DNA of 64,000 bases from an uncultured Eubacteriales bacterium (GTDB lineage Bacteria > Bacillota > Clostridia > Oscillospirales > CAG-272), in assembly GCA_900546635.1 (NCBI GenBank), contig URDS01000003.1:252-64251 (forward strand). Reading direction: 5' to 3'. A model generated the notes under the pieces. That model saw only the letters and a program-made list of their open reading frames with translations. It made no database searches and was not told the DNA's origin. Made by a program: the position numbers and the translations under genes. Positions 26,729-34,314 of this stretch are shown here, piece after piece (positions within the stretch are counted from its first letter, which is position 1; the number at the start of each line of letters is the position of its first letter).

Positions 26729-26935
26729 ATGAAAGAGCTTTTAAGAAAAGTGGGCAGCCGGAAATTTCTGGTGGCGGTGACGGGCGTCGTGAGCGGCATT
26801 GTGCTGATTGTCGGCGGCAATGTGACCGAGGGGGTGACGGCGGTTGTCGCCTCCGTGGTGGCGTATCTTGCGGCGGAGGGCATTGTGGATATGGCCGCCG
26901 TCAAAAAAGCGATCTGCGAGCAGGAAGAAAAATAA
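26729..26935 (+). CDS. Phage holin (LL-H-like small holin)
   Basis: 68 aa. SRKFLVAVTGVVSGIVLIVGG ... AVVASVVAYLAAEGIVD, with a charged C-terminus. Confidence 0.65.
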   Translation: MKELLRKVGSRKFLVAVTGVVSGIVLIVGGNVTEGVTAVVASVVAYLAAEGIVDMAAVKKAICEQEEK

Positions 26936-26973
26936 ACCGCCCGCCGCGTCGTAAGACGTTGGGTTATACAAAA

Positions 26974-27000
26974 GGCAGCCGCTTCCAGCGGCTGCCTTTT
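26974..27000 (+). terminator. Rho-independent terminator closing the lysis module
   Basis: GGCAGCCGC ttcca GCGGCTGCC followed by TTTT. Confidence 0.7.
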
Positions 27001-27002
27001 GA

Positions 27003-27385
27003 GCGTCGAAAAACCAAGGTTTTGCGGCGATGGGGCGTATTCTCGCGCCGTCGACGGCGGCACTCGCACGCCTGTAAGGTGTTTACAAGGCGGCACATGT
27101 CCGCCTTTTTCCGCCGCAAAACCTTGGTTTTGCGGCGATGGGGCGCGTATAGGCGTGAGGAGGGGCATGAGGGGGTACCAGGCGTCAGCCTGGGGGAGTC
27201 CTGATGCCAAAAAGGAGGGGCCCTGCGCAGCCGGGAGGCGTCCTGACGCCAAAAAAGAGCCCCCTTTTCGGGCGGTATATTCGCGCCGTCGCGCCGCCGA
27301 CGGCGGCGCTCGCGTATCAGCGCGTTCGCTCGCGCCCCGATACGCAAGTGCAAAGCATACTTTATTGCAAAATTGCAAAGTTCGG
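27003..27385. repeat. Dispersed structured repeat, locus D (composite array of ~380 bp, several partial units)
   Basis: Contains AAAACCAAGGTTTTGCGGCG, CCTGTAAGGTGTTTACAAGGCGGCACATGTCCGCC, a second CGCAAAACCTTGGTTTTGCGGCG, GCGCCGTCGCGCCGCCGACGGCGGCGCTCGCG and a terminal TTTATTGCAAAATTGCAAAG. Confidence 0.75.
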
Positions 27386-27389
27386 CTGC

Positions 27390-28730
27390 TTACCGGTCGT
27401 ACTCGGACAACAGCCATACCTTGCCCGTTTCGGCTTCGGCCTGAAAATTGCCGTTTTTCTGTTCGGACATACAGGCAAAAAGCAGATTGCCTTGTCCGTC
27501 GGTTTTCAGGTCGTACACGCTTAAATTGGCGAAGTTGTACCCGTCAAAGCCCCGTACCGCTTCGAGCGCGTCATACAAAACCGCGCCGTCGGCGCGCCGC
27601 AGGACGTACAGACGCTCGATTGCGGTCCCGAAGCTTGGGATCTCGCAAACGTTTATCAGCAGATAGTCGCCGAACGTGCAGCCACTGCGCATAAAATCTT
27701 CCGGATTCTTTTTCAGCGTTTCAAAAGCCGCGCCCGCCGCGTCCGCTTCGGAGACGGGAAGGCGGATTTCGTACATCTCTGCCGATGCGTCTTCGTCAAC
27801 CGAAACGTATATCGTGCTGATCTCATCCCGGCGAAAGCGCGGTATCCCGTCAAACGTAAACTGAAAATCGCGGTGTCCGTTGCCCGCGCCGCCGGATACG
27901 GCTATATGCTGCGCGGGGTATCCGTTGATCGAGATTTTCACGCTTTGGGCGACCAAATCCGCCTTTTCTTCGGGCGTTATGCCGGCCTCCGCGCCGTATC
28001 CGCCGCTGACAAAACTTTGAAGCTTGCCGAGAAGCTCCGACGAATAAAACAGCGCCTCATTTTGATAAAACGCCGCTGTAATCGAGTATCCCGTGCCTGA
28101 GCAGCAGAGCGCCGCGTTTAGATGATCGGCGTCGCCGCTTCCGAAGCGTCCGTCTTTTGTGTACGAAATCGAAAAGCCGCCGACGCCCTCTTCCGCCGTC
28201 GGACGCCCCTGCGACAGCCGGACGGAATATTCATAGCCGGCGCGGTCGGCGCTGAGAATGTCGAGCGTCCGGCGCTCGGCGTCCCAGTTTACGGTATAGC
28301 CGAAATCACGCATTTCCTCGGCCAAAATATAGGTTCTGCCGCCGATGTTGCAGGCGGTGACCGCGTTTCCGTCAAGATAGGTCACAATGTCGGTCTCATA
28401 GTAGGAACCGAGAATCGTTCCGGAGGGGAGATCGGATGTTTGCACGGCGGGCGGCGCTCCGTTTACCGGATGGGGCGCGCGGGAAATGCGGAGCGTTCTT
28501 TCCGATTCGCTAAAGACCACATCAAAGCTGTAGAAATGCATATCCTCGGCGCTGATTAGGGTCGCTCCGCCGATGTTGATCGAGTCGATCGCATATCCGT
28601 TTAAAGACGTGCGGATGTCGGTGGCATAGTAAACGCCCGCAATATCTCCGCTTTTGGCTTGACACACAAGGGGTATGGATAAGCAGATCAGAAACATTGC
28701 AAAGAAGAACATGCGCTTTTTCATTTTCAA
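27390..28730 (-). CDS. Secreted hypothetical protein with two N-terminal repeated domains
   Basis: Signal peptide MKMKKRMFFFAMFLICLSIPLVCQA. Repeat: GVYYATDIRTSLNGYAIDSINIGGATLISAEDM.. and GSYYETDIVTYLDGNAVTACNIGGRTYILAEEM.. Confidence 0.7.
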   Translation of the reverse strand: MKMKKRMFFFAMFLICLSIPLVCQAKSGDIAGVYYATDIRTSLNGYAIDSINIGGATLISAEDMHFYSFDVVFSESERTLRISRAPHPVNGAPPAVQTSDLPSGTILGSYYETDIVTYLDGNAVTACNIGGRTYILAEEMRDFGYTVNWDAERRTLDILSADRAGYEYSVRLSQGRPTAEEGVGGFSISYTKDGRFGSGDADHLNAALCCSGTGYSITAAFYQNEALFYSSELLGKLQSFVSGGYGAEAGITPEEKADLVAQSVKISINGYPAQHIAVSGGAGNGHRDFQFTFDGIPRFRRDEISTIYVSVDEDASAEMYEIRLPVSEADAAGAAFETLKKNPEDFMRSGCTFGDYLLINVCEIPSFGTAIERLYVLRRADGAVLYDALEAVRGFDGYNFANLSVYDLKTDGQGNLLFACMSEQKNGNFQAEAETGKVWLLSEYDR

Positions 28731-28823
28731 ATCTCCTTTACCGTCCGGATTTTTCCCTTTGATTCCGCAGCGCCGGTTTCACGCGCGGCGGCGCTTGCTT
28801 TGAAGCGCGGAAGACGCGGGAAA

Positions 28824-29174
28824 TCATGACCGCAGAATTTTTTCCATCGCCCTGCCCTTGGCCGCCTCGTCGATCAGCTTGTCCAAACACCGAATCAGCC
28901 GCATCGTGGGGTCTTCGATCGTTTCGACGCGAACGCCGCAGACCGTTCCCTTGATTTTTACGCTGTTCGGATGGATGAGAGGGGCGTTTGCAAAAAAAGT
29001 TTGATAATCCACGTCCTTTTGCAGCTGCGCCTCAAGACCCTTTTCATCATAGCCCGTGAGCCAGCAAATGATCTCGTCTGCTTCCTGCTTTGTGCGGCCT
29101 TTTCGCTCCGCTTTTTGCAGAAGCAGCGAATAAACCTTGGAAAATTTCATGGCAAATACTTTGCTGTTTTCCAT
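28824..29174 (-). CDS. DUF2200-like protein
   Basis: Start ATG 29174 (MENSKVFAMKFSKVYSLLLQKAERKGRTKQEADEIICWLTGY...), characteristic of the DUF2200 family. GGAGG RBS. Confidence 0.65.
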   Translation of the reverse strand: MENSKVFAMKFSKVYSLLLQKAERKGRTKQEADEIICWLTGYDEKGLEAQLQKDVDYQTFFANAPLIHPNSVKIKGTVCGVRVETIEDPTMRLIRCLDKLIDEAAKGRAMEKILRS

Positions 29175-29381
29175 AAAACGCCTCCGTAAATTCCGAATTT
29201 GCAGATCGCTTTTGAGACAAATCAAGGCAGCCGCAAATGCGGCTGCCTCAGTCTGTCGAACAAGCAGGACGTTTTCGACAAGGGGAGGCGCGCACGCCCG
29301 CTCCGTCGCTCCGGTCTCAAATGTCGGTTGCTTTTACGCCGATTGTGTCGGCTGCGTTTAGCGTCTTTTGAAAAGCCGCGC

Positions 29382-29915
29382 TCAGTTTTCGAGATCGCTT
29401 CCGAACTCGTTCAGATAGCCGAAAAGTCCGCCCGAAACCGCGTTCAGAAAATCGTCGTTGTTTTCCTCGGCGACAGTCCAGCTGCCGTCGGTTTTGACCA
29501 TGTTGACGGTTACGTTTTTGGTGGTGGTGGGCGCGTCGGCCGCTGCGAGTATGTCCAGCATCACTTTGCCGTCGGCGTCCCAGTCCTCCTCGCCCATGTG
29601 CGCCATGGCTTCGGTCAGATACTTTGTGAATACGGCCTGCATGTCAACCACGGTGATTTCGAGCGCGACCGTCGCCGTATCGCCGGAAATTTTTTCCTCG
29701 CCTACGGTGTATTTCATGTTTTCGTAGATTCTTTTCTGCATTTCCATATCTTCGTCGGTGAGCGAAGTATCCCCGTCCTCAAAAATCTCTCCGCTGCGGA
29801 GCTTTTCAAGTTCGTCGGTCAGAACCTGCGAGGGGGTCTTGCCGCCGCAGGAAACAAGCAGAAGGGCTGTAAGCAGCAGCGCTGCGGTCAGAAATAAAGA
29901 GACAAGTTTTTTCAT
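29382..29915 (-). CDS. Lipoprotein of unknown function
   Basis: Start ATG 29915. Lipobox LLLVSCGG after MKKLVSLFLTAALLLTA. GGAGGAAACC RBS. Confidence 0.7.
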   Translation of the reverse strand: MKKLVSLFLTAALLLTALLLVSCGGKTPSQVLTDELEKLRSGEIFEDGDTSLTDEDMEMQKRIYENMKYTVGEEKISGDTATVALEITVVDMQAVFTKYLTEAMAHMGEEDWDADGKVMLDILAAADAPTTTKNVTVNMVKTDGSWTVAEENNDDFLNAVSGGLFGYLNEFGSDLEN

Positions 29916-30069
29916 GGTTTCCTCCAAATACGGTGAATTATAGAACGATACTGCCGTTATTATATAAGATTTCAGCGGAAACGTCAATAGATTCTTGTGC
30001 TTTTCCGAACTTCGGGCGCGGCCGGGGAAAAAACGATTTTGCGCGTATGCAAATCTTTACGCATTTTTC

Positions 30070-30098
30070 TTGACAAAGCGTATATGCCGATGTATAAT
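30070..30098 (+). promoter_or_regulatory. Consensus sigma-A promoter for the tRNA pair
   Basis: TTGACA, 17 nt, TATAAT. Ends 24 nt upstream of the first tRNA. Confidence 0.7.
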
Positions 30099-30122
30099 AA
30101 TAAAGTATCGGACGGCGGTTTC

Positions 30123-30199
30123 GGACCATTAGCTCAGTTGGTTAGAGCTACCGGCTCATAACCGGTCGGTCCTAGGTTCGAGTCCTAGATGGTCCACCA
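30123..30199 (+). tRNA. tRNA with CAT anticodon (elongator Met or lysidine-modified Ile2)
   Basis: GGACCATTAGCTCAGTTGGTTAGAGC...CTCATAA loop...GGTTCGAGTCCTAGATGGTCCACCA. Cloverleaf folds by eye and CCA is encoded. Confidence 0.9.
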
Positions 30200-30265
30200 A
30201 AAGGGGAACGTCCAAATGCGCGAATGTTCCGATACGAGCGCTTCCGGGCGCTTCCCCGGCGCTTT

Positions 30266-30339
<74 letters not shown>

Positions 30340-30395
30340 AAAAGAAACGGCTGCTTATCTTATGATAAATTGCCGTTTCTTTTTGGTATTTTTCA

Positions 30396-30466
30396 CTTTT
30401 CTTTTCTTCTTTTTTCTTTTAAATTGGCGTTTCCAAATAAAAAGGAAAAAAGAAGAAAGAAAAAAG
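30396..30466. repeat. Polypyrimidine/polypurine imperfect inverted repeat (~25-bp arms, 19-nt spacer)
   Basis: CTTTTCTTTTCTTCTTTTTTCTTTT ... AAAAGGAAAAAAGAAGAAAGAAAAAAG. Confidence 0.7.
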
Positions 30467-30607
30467 CCGGTAGCTTTGCTGCGCAAAGCATTGAAAAAGA
30501 TACAAAAATAAGGTATGCTAATGCAAGGAGATATACGATTGCGAAATAAATAAAAAGTATGGTTTACGCCCTGCTGAAATTATAAGTCAGAATCGGAGGA
30601 TGCGCAT

Positions 30608-30991
30608 ATGTATGAGCCGAGTGTTGACGAGTTGTTTTTCTTTAACAGCTATTCTGATATGCTGCCGATTTATATGGAAATGATGAATTGGCTTACTGAT
30701 AAGTATGACGATATTTCTGTCAAGATCGGAAAAACGGCGATTTCTTTGCGGAATCAACATGTTTTTGCGACCGTATCGTTGCCTTGGAGAACGGTGAAGG
30801 GTTGGCCGCAGCGTTATCTTCTGTTTTCTATCGGGCTTCCTTATCATAAAGATTCGCCAAAGGTACGCTGCGCTGTTGAGCCGTACCCAAATCGCTGGAC
30901 ACATCATATTTTGGTAGAAACTGCGGAGGAATTTGACGAAGATTTGCGAAGTTGGATGGATGAGGCTTATTCTTTTTCCAAAGTTAAGTGA
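30608..30991 (+). CDS. Hypothetical protein (DUF5655/DUF4287-like)
   Basis: 127 aa. Pattern KIGKTAISLRNQHVFATV ... HHILVETAEEFDEDLRSWMDEAY. GGAGGA RBS. Confidence 0.55.
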   Translation: MYEPSVDELFFFNSYSDMLPIYMEMMNWLTDKYDDISVKIGKTAISLRNQHVFATVSLPWRTVKGWPQRYLLFSIGLPYHKDSPKVRCAVEPYPNRWTHHILVETAEEFDEDLRSWMDEAYSFSKVK

Positions 30992-31125
30992 TACGGGATA
31001 TAGGCGTGAACCAAGGCCGGAACGACTTACTTTGGCCGCCGACGAAAAGTGCGGTTCTATCGAAAAAGACAAAATGGTTTTCGTCTGTATATGAAAAAAC
31101 CAAATTAAAACTCGGAGAAAGAGAC

Positions 31126-32289
31126 ATGTATTCGCTTTTGCTTGCGCTCATTTATCTCGCTTTTATCAGCCTCGGACTGCCCGATTCGCTTCTTGGAGCG
31201 GGGTGGCCTGTGATCCATACCGATTTGAATGTTCCGATCTCTTATATGGGAATCGTTTCAATGGTCATATCGGGCGGAACGATTGTATCCAGTCTTCTGT
31301 CGGACCGGCTGACAAGAAAGCTCGGCACGCAGATTGTAACGGTAGCCAGCGTATTTCTGACGGCGCTGGCCCTGCTCGGATTTTCTATTTCCGGCCGGTT
31401 CTGGATGCTCGTGGTCTTTGCGGTTCCCTATGGACTCGGCGCCGGGGCGGTTGACGCCGCGCTGAACAACTATGTCGCCCTCCACTATACCTCAAAGCAT
31501 ATGAGCTGGCTGCACTGCTTTTGGGGAGTGGGAACGATCGTCAGCCCGTTTGTCATGAGCCGCGCGCTGGCAAATTCGGTTTGGAACAGCGGATACCGGA
31601 CGGTTGCGTTTATTCAGCTTGGCATCGGTTTGTTTCTGCTTGCCACGCTTCCGGTTTGGAAGAAAACCAACCCGAAAAAGGCCGGGGACGGGACGGCGCG
31701 CGTCGGGCTTGTCGGCGCGCTGAAAATCAGAGGCGTTCCCTATCTTTTGATCGGCTTTTTCGCGTACTGCGCCGCGGAAGCTACCGCGATGGGATGGGCG
31801 AGCACGTATTTGGTGGAAGTGAAAGGCCTGCCGACCGAACGGGCGGCGGGACTGGCCTCGCTGTTTTACATCGGACTGACCGCGGGCAGATTTCTCGGCG
31901 GCTTTCTTATGAATCGGTTCGGGGACAGAAAGATGATCCTTTTTGGCGCGTGCATTCTGTCGTGCGGAATTTTTTCCCTGCTGATCCCCGCAAAAGATCC
32001 GGTCGTTTCGCTTGTCGGGTTTGCCGTTATCGGATTTGGCTGCGCGCCGATTTACCCCTGTATCATTCATTCCACGCCCGCGAATTTCGGCGCGGAAAAT
32101 TCGGGCGCGATCATCGGGATTCAAATGGCGAGCGCCTATGTCGGCTCGACTTTTGTTCCGCCGTTGTTTGGATGGCTCGGAAGCCTTGTCGGTTTTTCGA
32201 TTCTTCCGGTCTATCTCCTTGCGTTTGTTCTTTTGATGGTCGGCATGGTGGAACTGACGTTCAGAACCGCGGCCAAACGCGGAACGTAA
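31126..32289 (+). CDS. MFS transporter
   Basis: Start ATG 31126. About 12 hydrophobic segments. GLPDSLLGAGWP and LSDRLTRKLG (motif-A-like). Confidence 0.8.
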   Translation: MYSLLLALIYLAFISLGLPDSLLGAGWPVIHTDLNVPISYMGIVSMVISGGTIVSSLLSDRLTRKLGTQIVTVASVFLTALALLGFSISGRFWMLVVFAVPYGLGAGAVDAALNNYVALHYTSKHMSWLHCFWGVGTIVSPFVMSRALANSVWNSGYRTVAFIQLGIGLFLLATLPVWKKTNPKKAGDGTARVGLVGALKIRGVPYLLIGFFAYCAAEATAMGWASTYLVEVKGLPTERAAGLASLFYIGLTAGRFLGGFLMNRFGDRKMILFGACILSCGIFSLLIPAKDPVVSLVGFAVIGFGCAPIYPCIIHSTPANFGAENSGAIIGIQMASAYVGSTFVPPLFGWLGSLVGFSILPVYLLAFVLLMVGMVELTFRTAAKRGT

Positions 32290-32353
32290 TTTGACGGTAT
32301 GCGCGAATGCGCGGGGAATTTCAGAAATTTTCAGCGGCGCGGAGGAATATTGT

Positions 32354-32572
32354 ATGATACGGTATGATCGATTGTGGGCGGTCATGAAAGAAAAAGGGGT
32401 TTCAACCTATCGTTTGAGAGCGGATCACGGATTCAATTCCAAAACCATCGCCAAGCTCCGAAACAACGAAAATGTCACGACGAATGCGCTGAATAAGCTC
32501 TGTGCGATATTAGACTGCGAGCTATCCGACATTGTTCAATATGAAAAAGATGAAACGGCGGAGAGTCTGTAG
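32354..32572 (+). CDS. Small HTH transcriptional regulator (XRE/Cro-like)
   Basis: Start ATG 32354 after a GGAGGAA RBS. Sequence: GVSTYRLRADHGFNSKTIAKLRNNENVTTNALNKLCAILDCELSDIV. Confidence 0.75.
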   Translation: MIRYDRLWAVMKEKGVSTYRLRADHGFNSKTIAKLRNNENVTTNALNKLCAILDCELSDIVQYEKDETAESL

Positions 32573-32575
32573 AAA

Positions 32576-33196
32576 ATGCTGAAAACAGAATGGCTTTTCT
32601 TTGATATAGGGTCAACGCTGGTTGATGAGTCTGAGGCTTATCATCACCGGATTCGGGAGATGATCGAGGGCAGTGAGATCACATTTGAACAGTTTTGCGA
32701 GATGCGCATCCGATTTGCCAAAAAAGGACTTGACGGGGATGCGGCTGCGGCGGCGTGGTTTCATTTAAAGAAGACGCCGTGGCATAGTGAGGATGAGATG
32801 CCGTACAGAGATACGGAAAGCGCGCTCTCCGCTTTGAAAGCGCGCGGGTATCAGATGGGCGTCATTGCAAATCAGGCGCCGGGCGCAGATTCGCGGCTTG
32901 AACGGTGGGGACTCTTGAAATTTTTCGATGTAGTCGCTACGTCGGCTGAAATGGGCGCCGCCAAACCGGACAGAGAAATTTTTCTGCGCGCTTTGAATCG
33001 GGCGAACTGCCGGCCGGAACATGCATATATGATCGGTGACCGGCTTGACAACGATATTGCCCCTGCCAAAGCGCTTGGTATGACAACGATTTGGATGATG
33101 AGGGGATTGGCCGCTTATCAATCACCGAAAAATGAAGCGGAAACTCCGGATTTTTCAGTCGGAAGCCTTAGCGACCTGTTGAAGTTGCTGCCTTAG
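32576..33196 (+). CDS. HAD-family hydrolase
   Basis: FFDIGSTLVD (DxD/T motif I), VIANQ, GDRLDNDI (motif IV). Confidence 0.8.
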   Translation: MLKTEWLFFDIGSTLVDESEAYHHRIREMIEGSEITFEQFCEMRIRFAKKGLDGDAAAAAWFHLKKTPWHSEDEMPYRDTESALSALKARGYQMGVIANQAPGADSRLERWGLLKFFDVVATSAEMGAAKPDREIFLRALNRANCRPEHAYMIGDRLDNDIAPAKALGMTTIWMMRGLAAYQSPKNEAETPDFSVGSLSDLLKLLP

Positions 33197-33270
33197 CGCG
33201 GTTGCCGGTGTTTTGGCATGCATAATGCGTTTATCGGTTTTGTATGAAAAAGAGATATTGAATGAAGAGA

Positions 33271-33306
33271 AAACCGCTCTTGCCTGAAAGCAAGCGCGGT
33301 TTTTGG
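33271..33306 (+). terminator. Rho-independent terminator after the HAD gene
   Basis: AAACCGCTCTTGC ctgaa AGCAAGCGCGGTTTTT. Confidence 0.6.
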
Positions 33307-33325
33307 TTTGTTGATAAAGATAAGA

Positions 33326-33486
33326 ATTGCAAATAAAATAAATACGTTTACAAGTCGGCCATGCGCCGCCTTGTAAACACCTTACGGGCGCGCGAGCGCC
33401 GACCGTAGGAGGCGCGACGGCGCGAGCGAACGCGCCCTATCGTCGCAAAACCAAGGTTTTGCGGCGGAAAAAGTCGGCCACGCGCT
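33326..33486. repeat. Dispersed structured repeat, copy E (forward orientation, right end truncated)
   Basis: ATTGCAAATAAAATAAATACGTTTACAAGTCGGCCATGCGCCGCCTTGTAAACACCTTACGGGCGCGCGAGCGCCGACCGTAGGAGGCGCGACGGCGCGAGCGAACGCGCCCTATCGTCGCAAAACCAAGGTTTTGCGGCGG. Confidence 0.85.
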
Positions 33487-33494
33487 TTTTTTCG

Positions 33495-34301
33495 TCAAAT
33501 CGCGATCATGCCCATCATCGTGCCGCGCTTTTCGCCCATGCGGCGGTGCGAGTAAAACAGATCGGGATTTTCAAAGGTGCAGAGACCGGAAAGATCGATG
33601 CCCGATTCGGGCAGCCCCGCGGCGAGCAGAAGCGTTTTGTTGATCTCGCCGAGGTCGCAGAGAAATTTTCCGGCCTCGCCCGCGGGGCGGAGGTGGCGCA
33701 GCGTCAGGCGATCCTCTCCGAGCACGTCCAGCACGCGCTTTGCGACCTCCTCGCCGACCTCATAGCGCGCCATGGAGATGTGCGGGCCTATCGCGGCGCG
33801 GATGTCCTCGGCGCACGCGCCGAGAAAGCACATTTTCGCGACCGCCTGCCCGACGATGTTTTCCACCGTGCCGCGCCATCCGGCGTGAACGGCGGCAATG
33901 ACTTTTGCGCCGGGGTCGGCCAGCAGAATCGGCACGCAGTCGGCCACCCGCACGCCGAGCGCCGTTCCGATGGAATCGGTGACGAGCGCATCCCCCTCGA
34001 AGGAGGCGGGCGTGTAAATGCCGTGGCCGCCGAGCGTTTTGTCCACGACCGTGACCTTGGCGGAGTGAATCTGCGGCATGACGATCAGGGTATGCGGATC
34101 GACATCGACCGCCTCGCAGAAGCGCTCGATATTTTTCTGTACGATAATATCCTTGTCTCCGCGGTAAAAACCGAGATTCAGGGACTTTGTATGCTCGGCG
34201 CGCGAAAGGCCGCCGATCCTTGTGGAAAAGCCGTGGCGAACCGGGTAGAGCGCCTCGGAATAAAAATAGGTTACGCCGTTGTAATCAGTGCGTTGTTGCA
34301 T
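33495..34301 (-). CDS. pgeF: Peptidoglycan editing factor PgeF (YfiH/laccase-domain family)
   Basis: ADCVPILL, HAGWRGT, and a C-terminal CT..NPDLFYSHRR motif. Start placed at ATG 34301; the track start at 34325 is a TTG. Confidence 0.82.
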   Translation of the reverse strand: MQQRTDYNGVTYFYSEALYPVRHGFSTRIGGLSRAEHTKSLNLGFYRGDKDIIVQKNIERFCEAVDVDPHTLIVMPQIHSAKVTVVDKTLGGHGIYTPASFEGDALVTDSIGTALGVRVADCVPILLADPGAKVIAAVHAGWRGTVENIVGQAVAKMCFLGACAEDIRAAIGPHISMARYEVGEEVAKRVLDVLGEDRLTLRHLRPAGEAGKFLCDLGEINKTLLLAAGLPESGIDLSGLCTFENPDLFYSHRRMGEKRGTMMGMIAI

Positions 34302-34314
34302 GGAATCTAACCTT

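Larger units (their letters stand above)
13550..26935 (+). mobile_element. Compact phage-derived cassette (regulator, packaging, head, short tail, lysis); cryptic prophage or GTA-like locus
   Basis: A contiguous co-oriented set: TerS, TerL, portal, scaffold, capsid, tail/fibre, M23 endolysin and holins, plus a divergent XRE repressor. No integrase, replication or tape-measure genes are recognisable. See findings. Confidence 0.75.

Noticed and set aside
13396-27385. attL/attR direct repeats or a tRNA-linked integration site for the phage cassette
   Set aside because: The only shared flank sequences are copies of the dispersed repeat, which also occurs at unrelated loci. The tRNA genes lie 3 kb away with three genes in between. 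No integrase is present.
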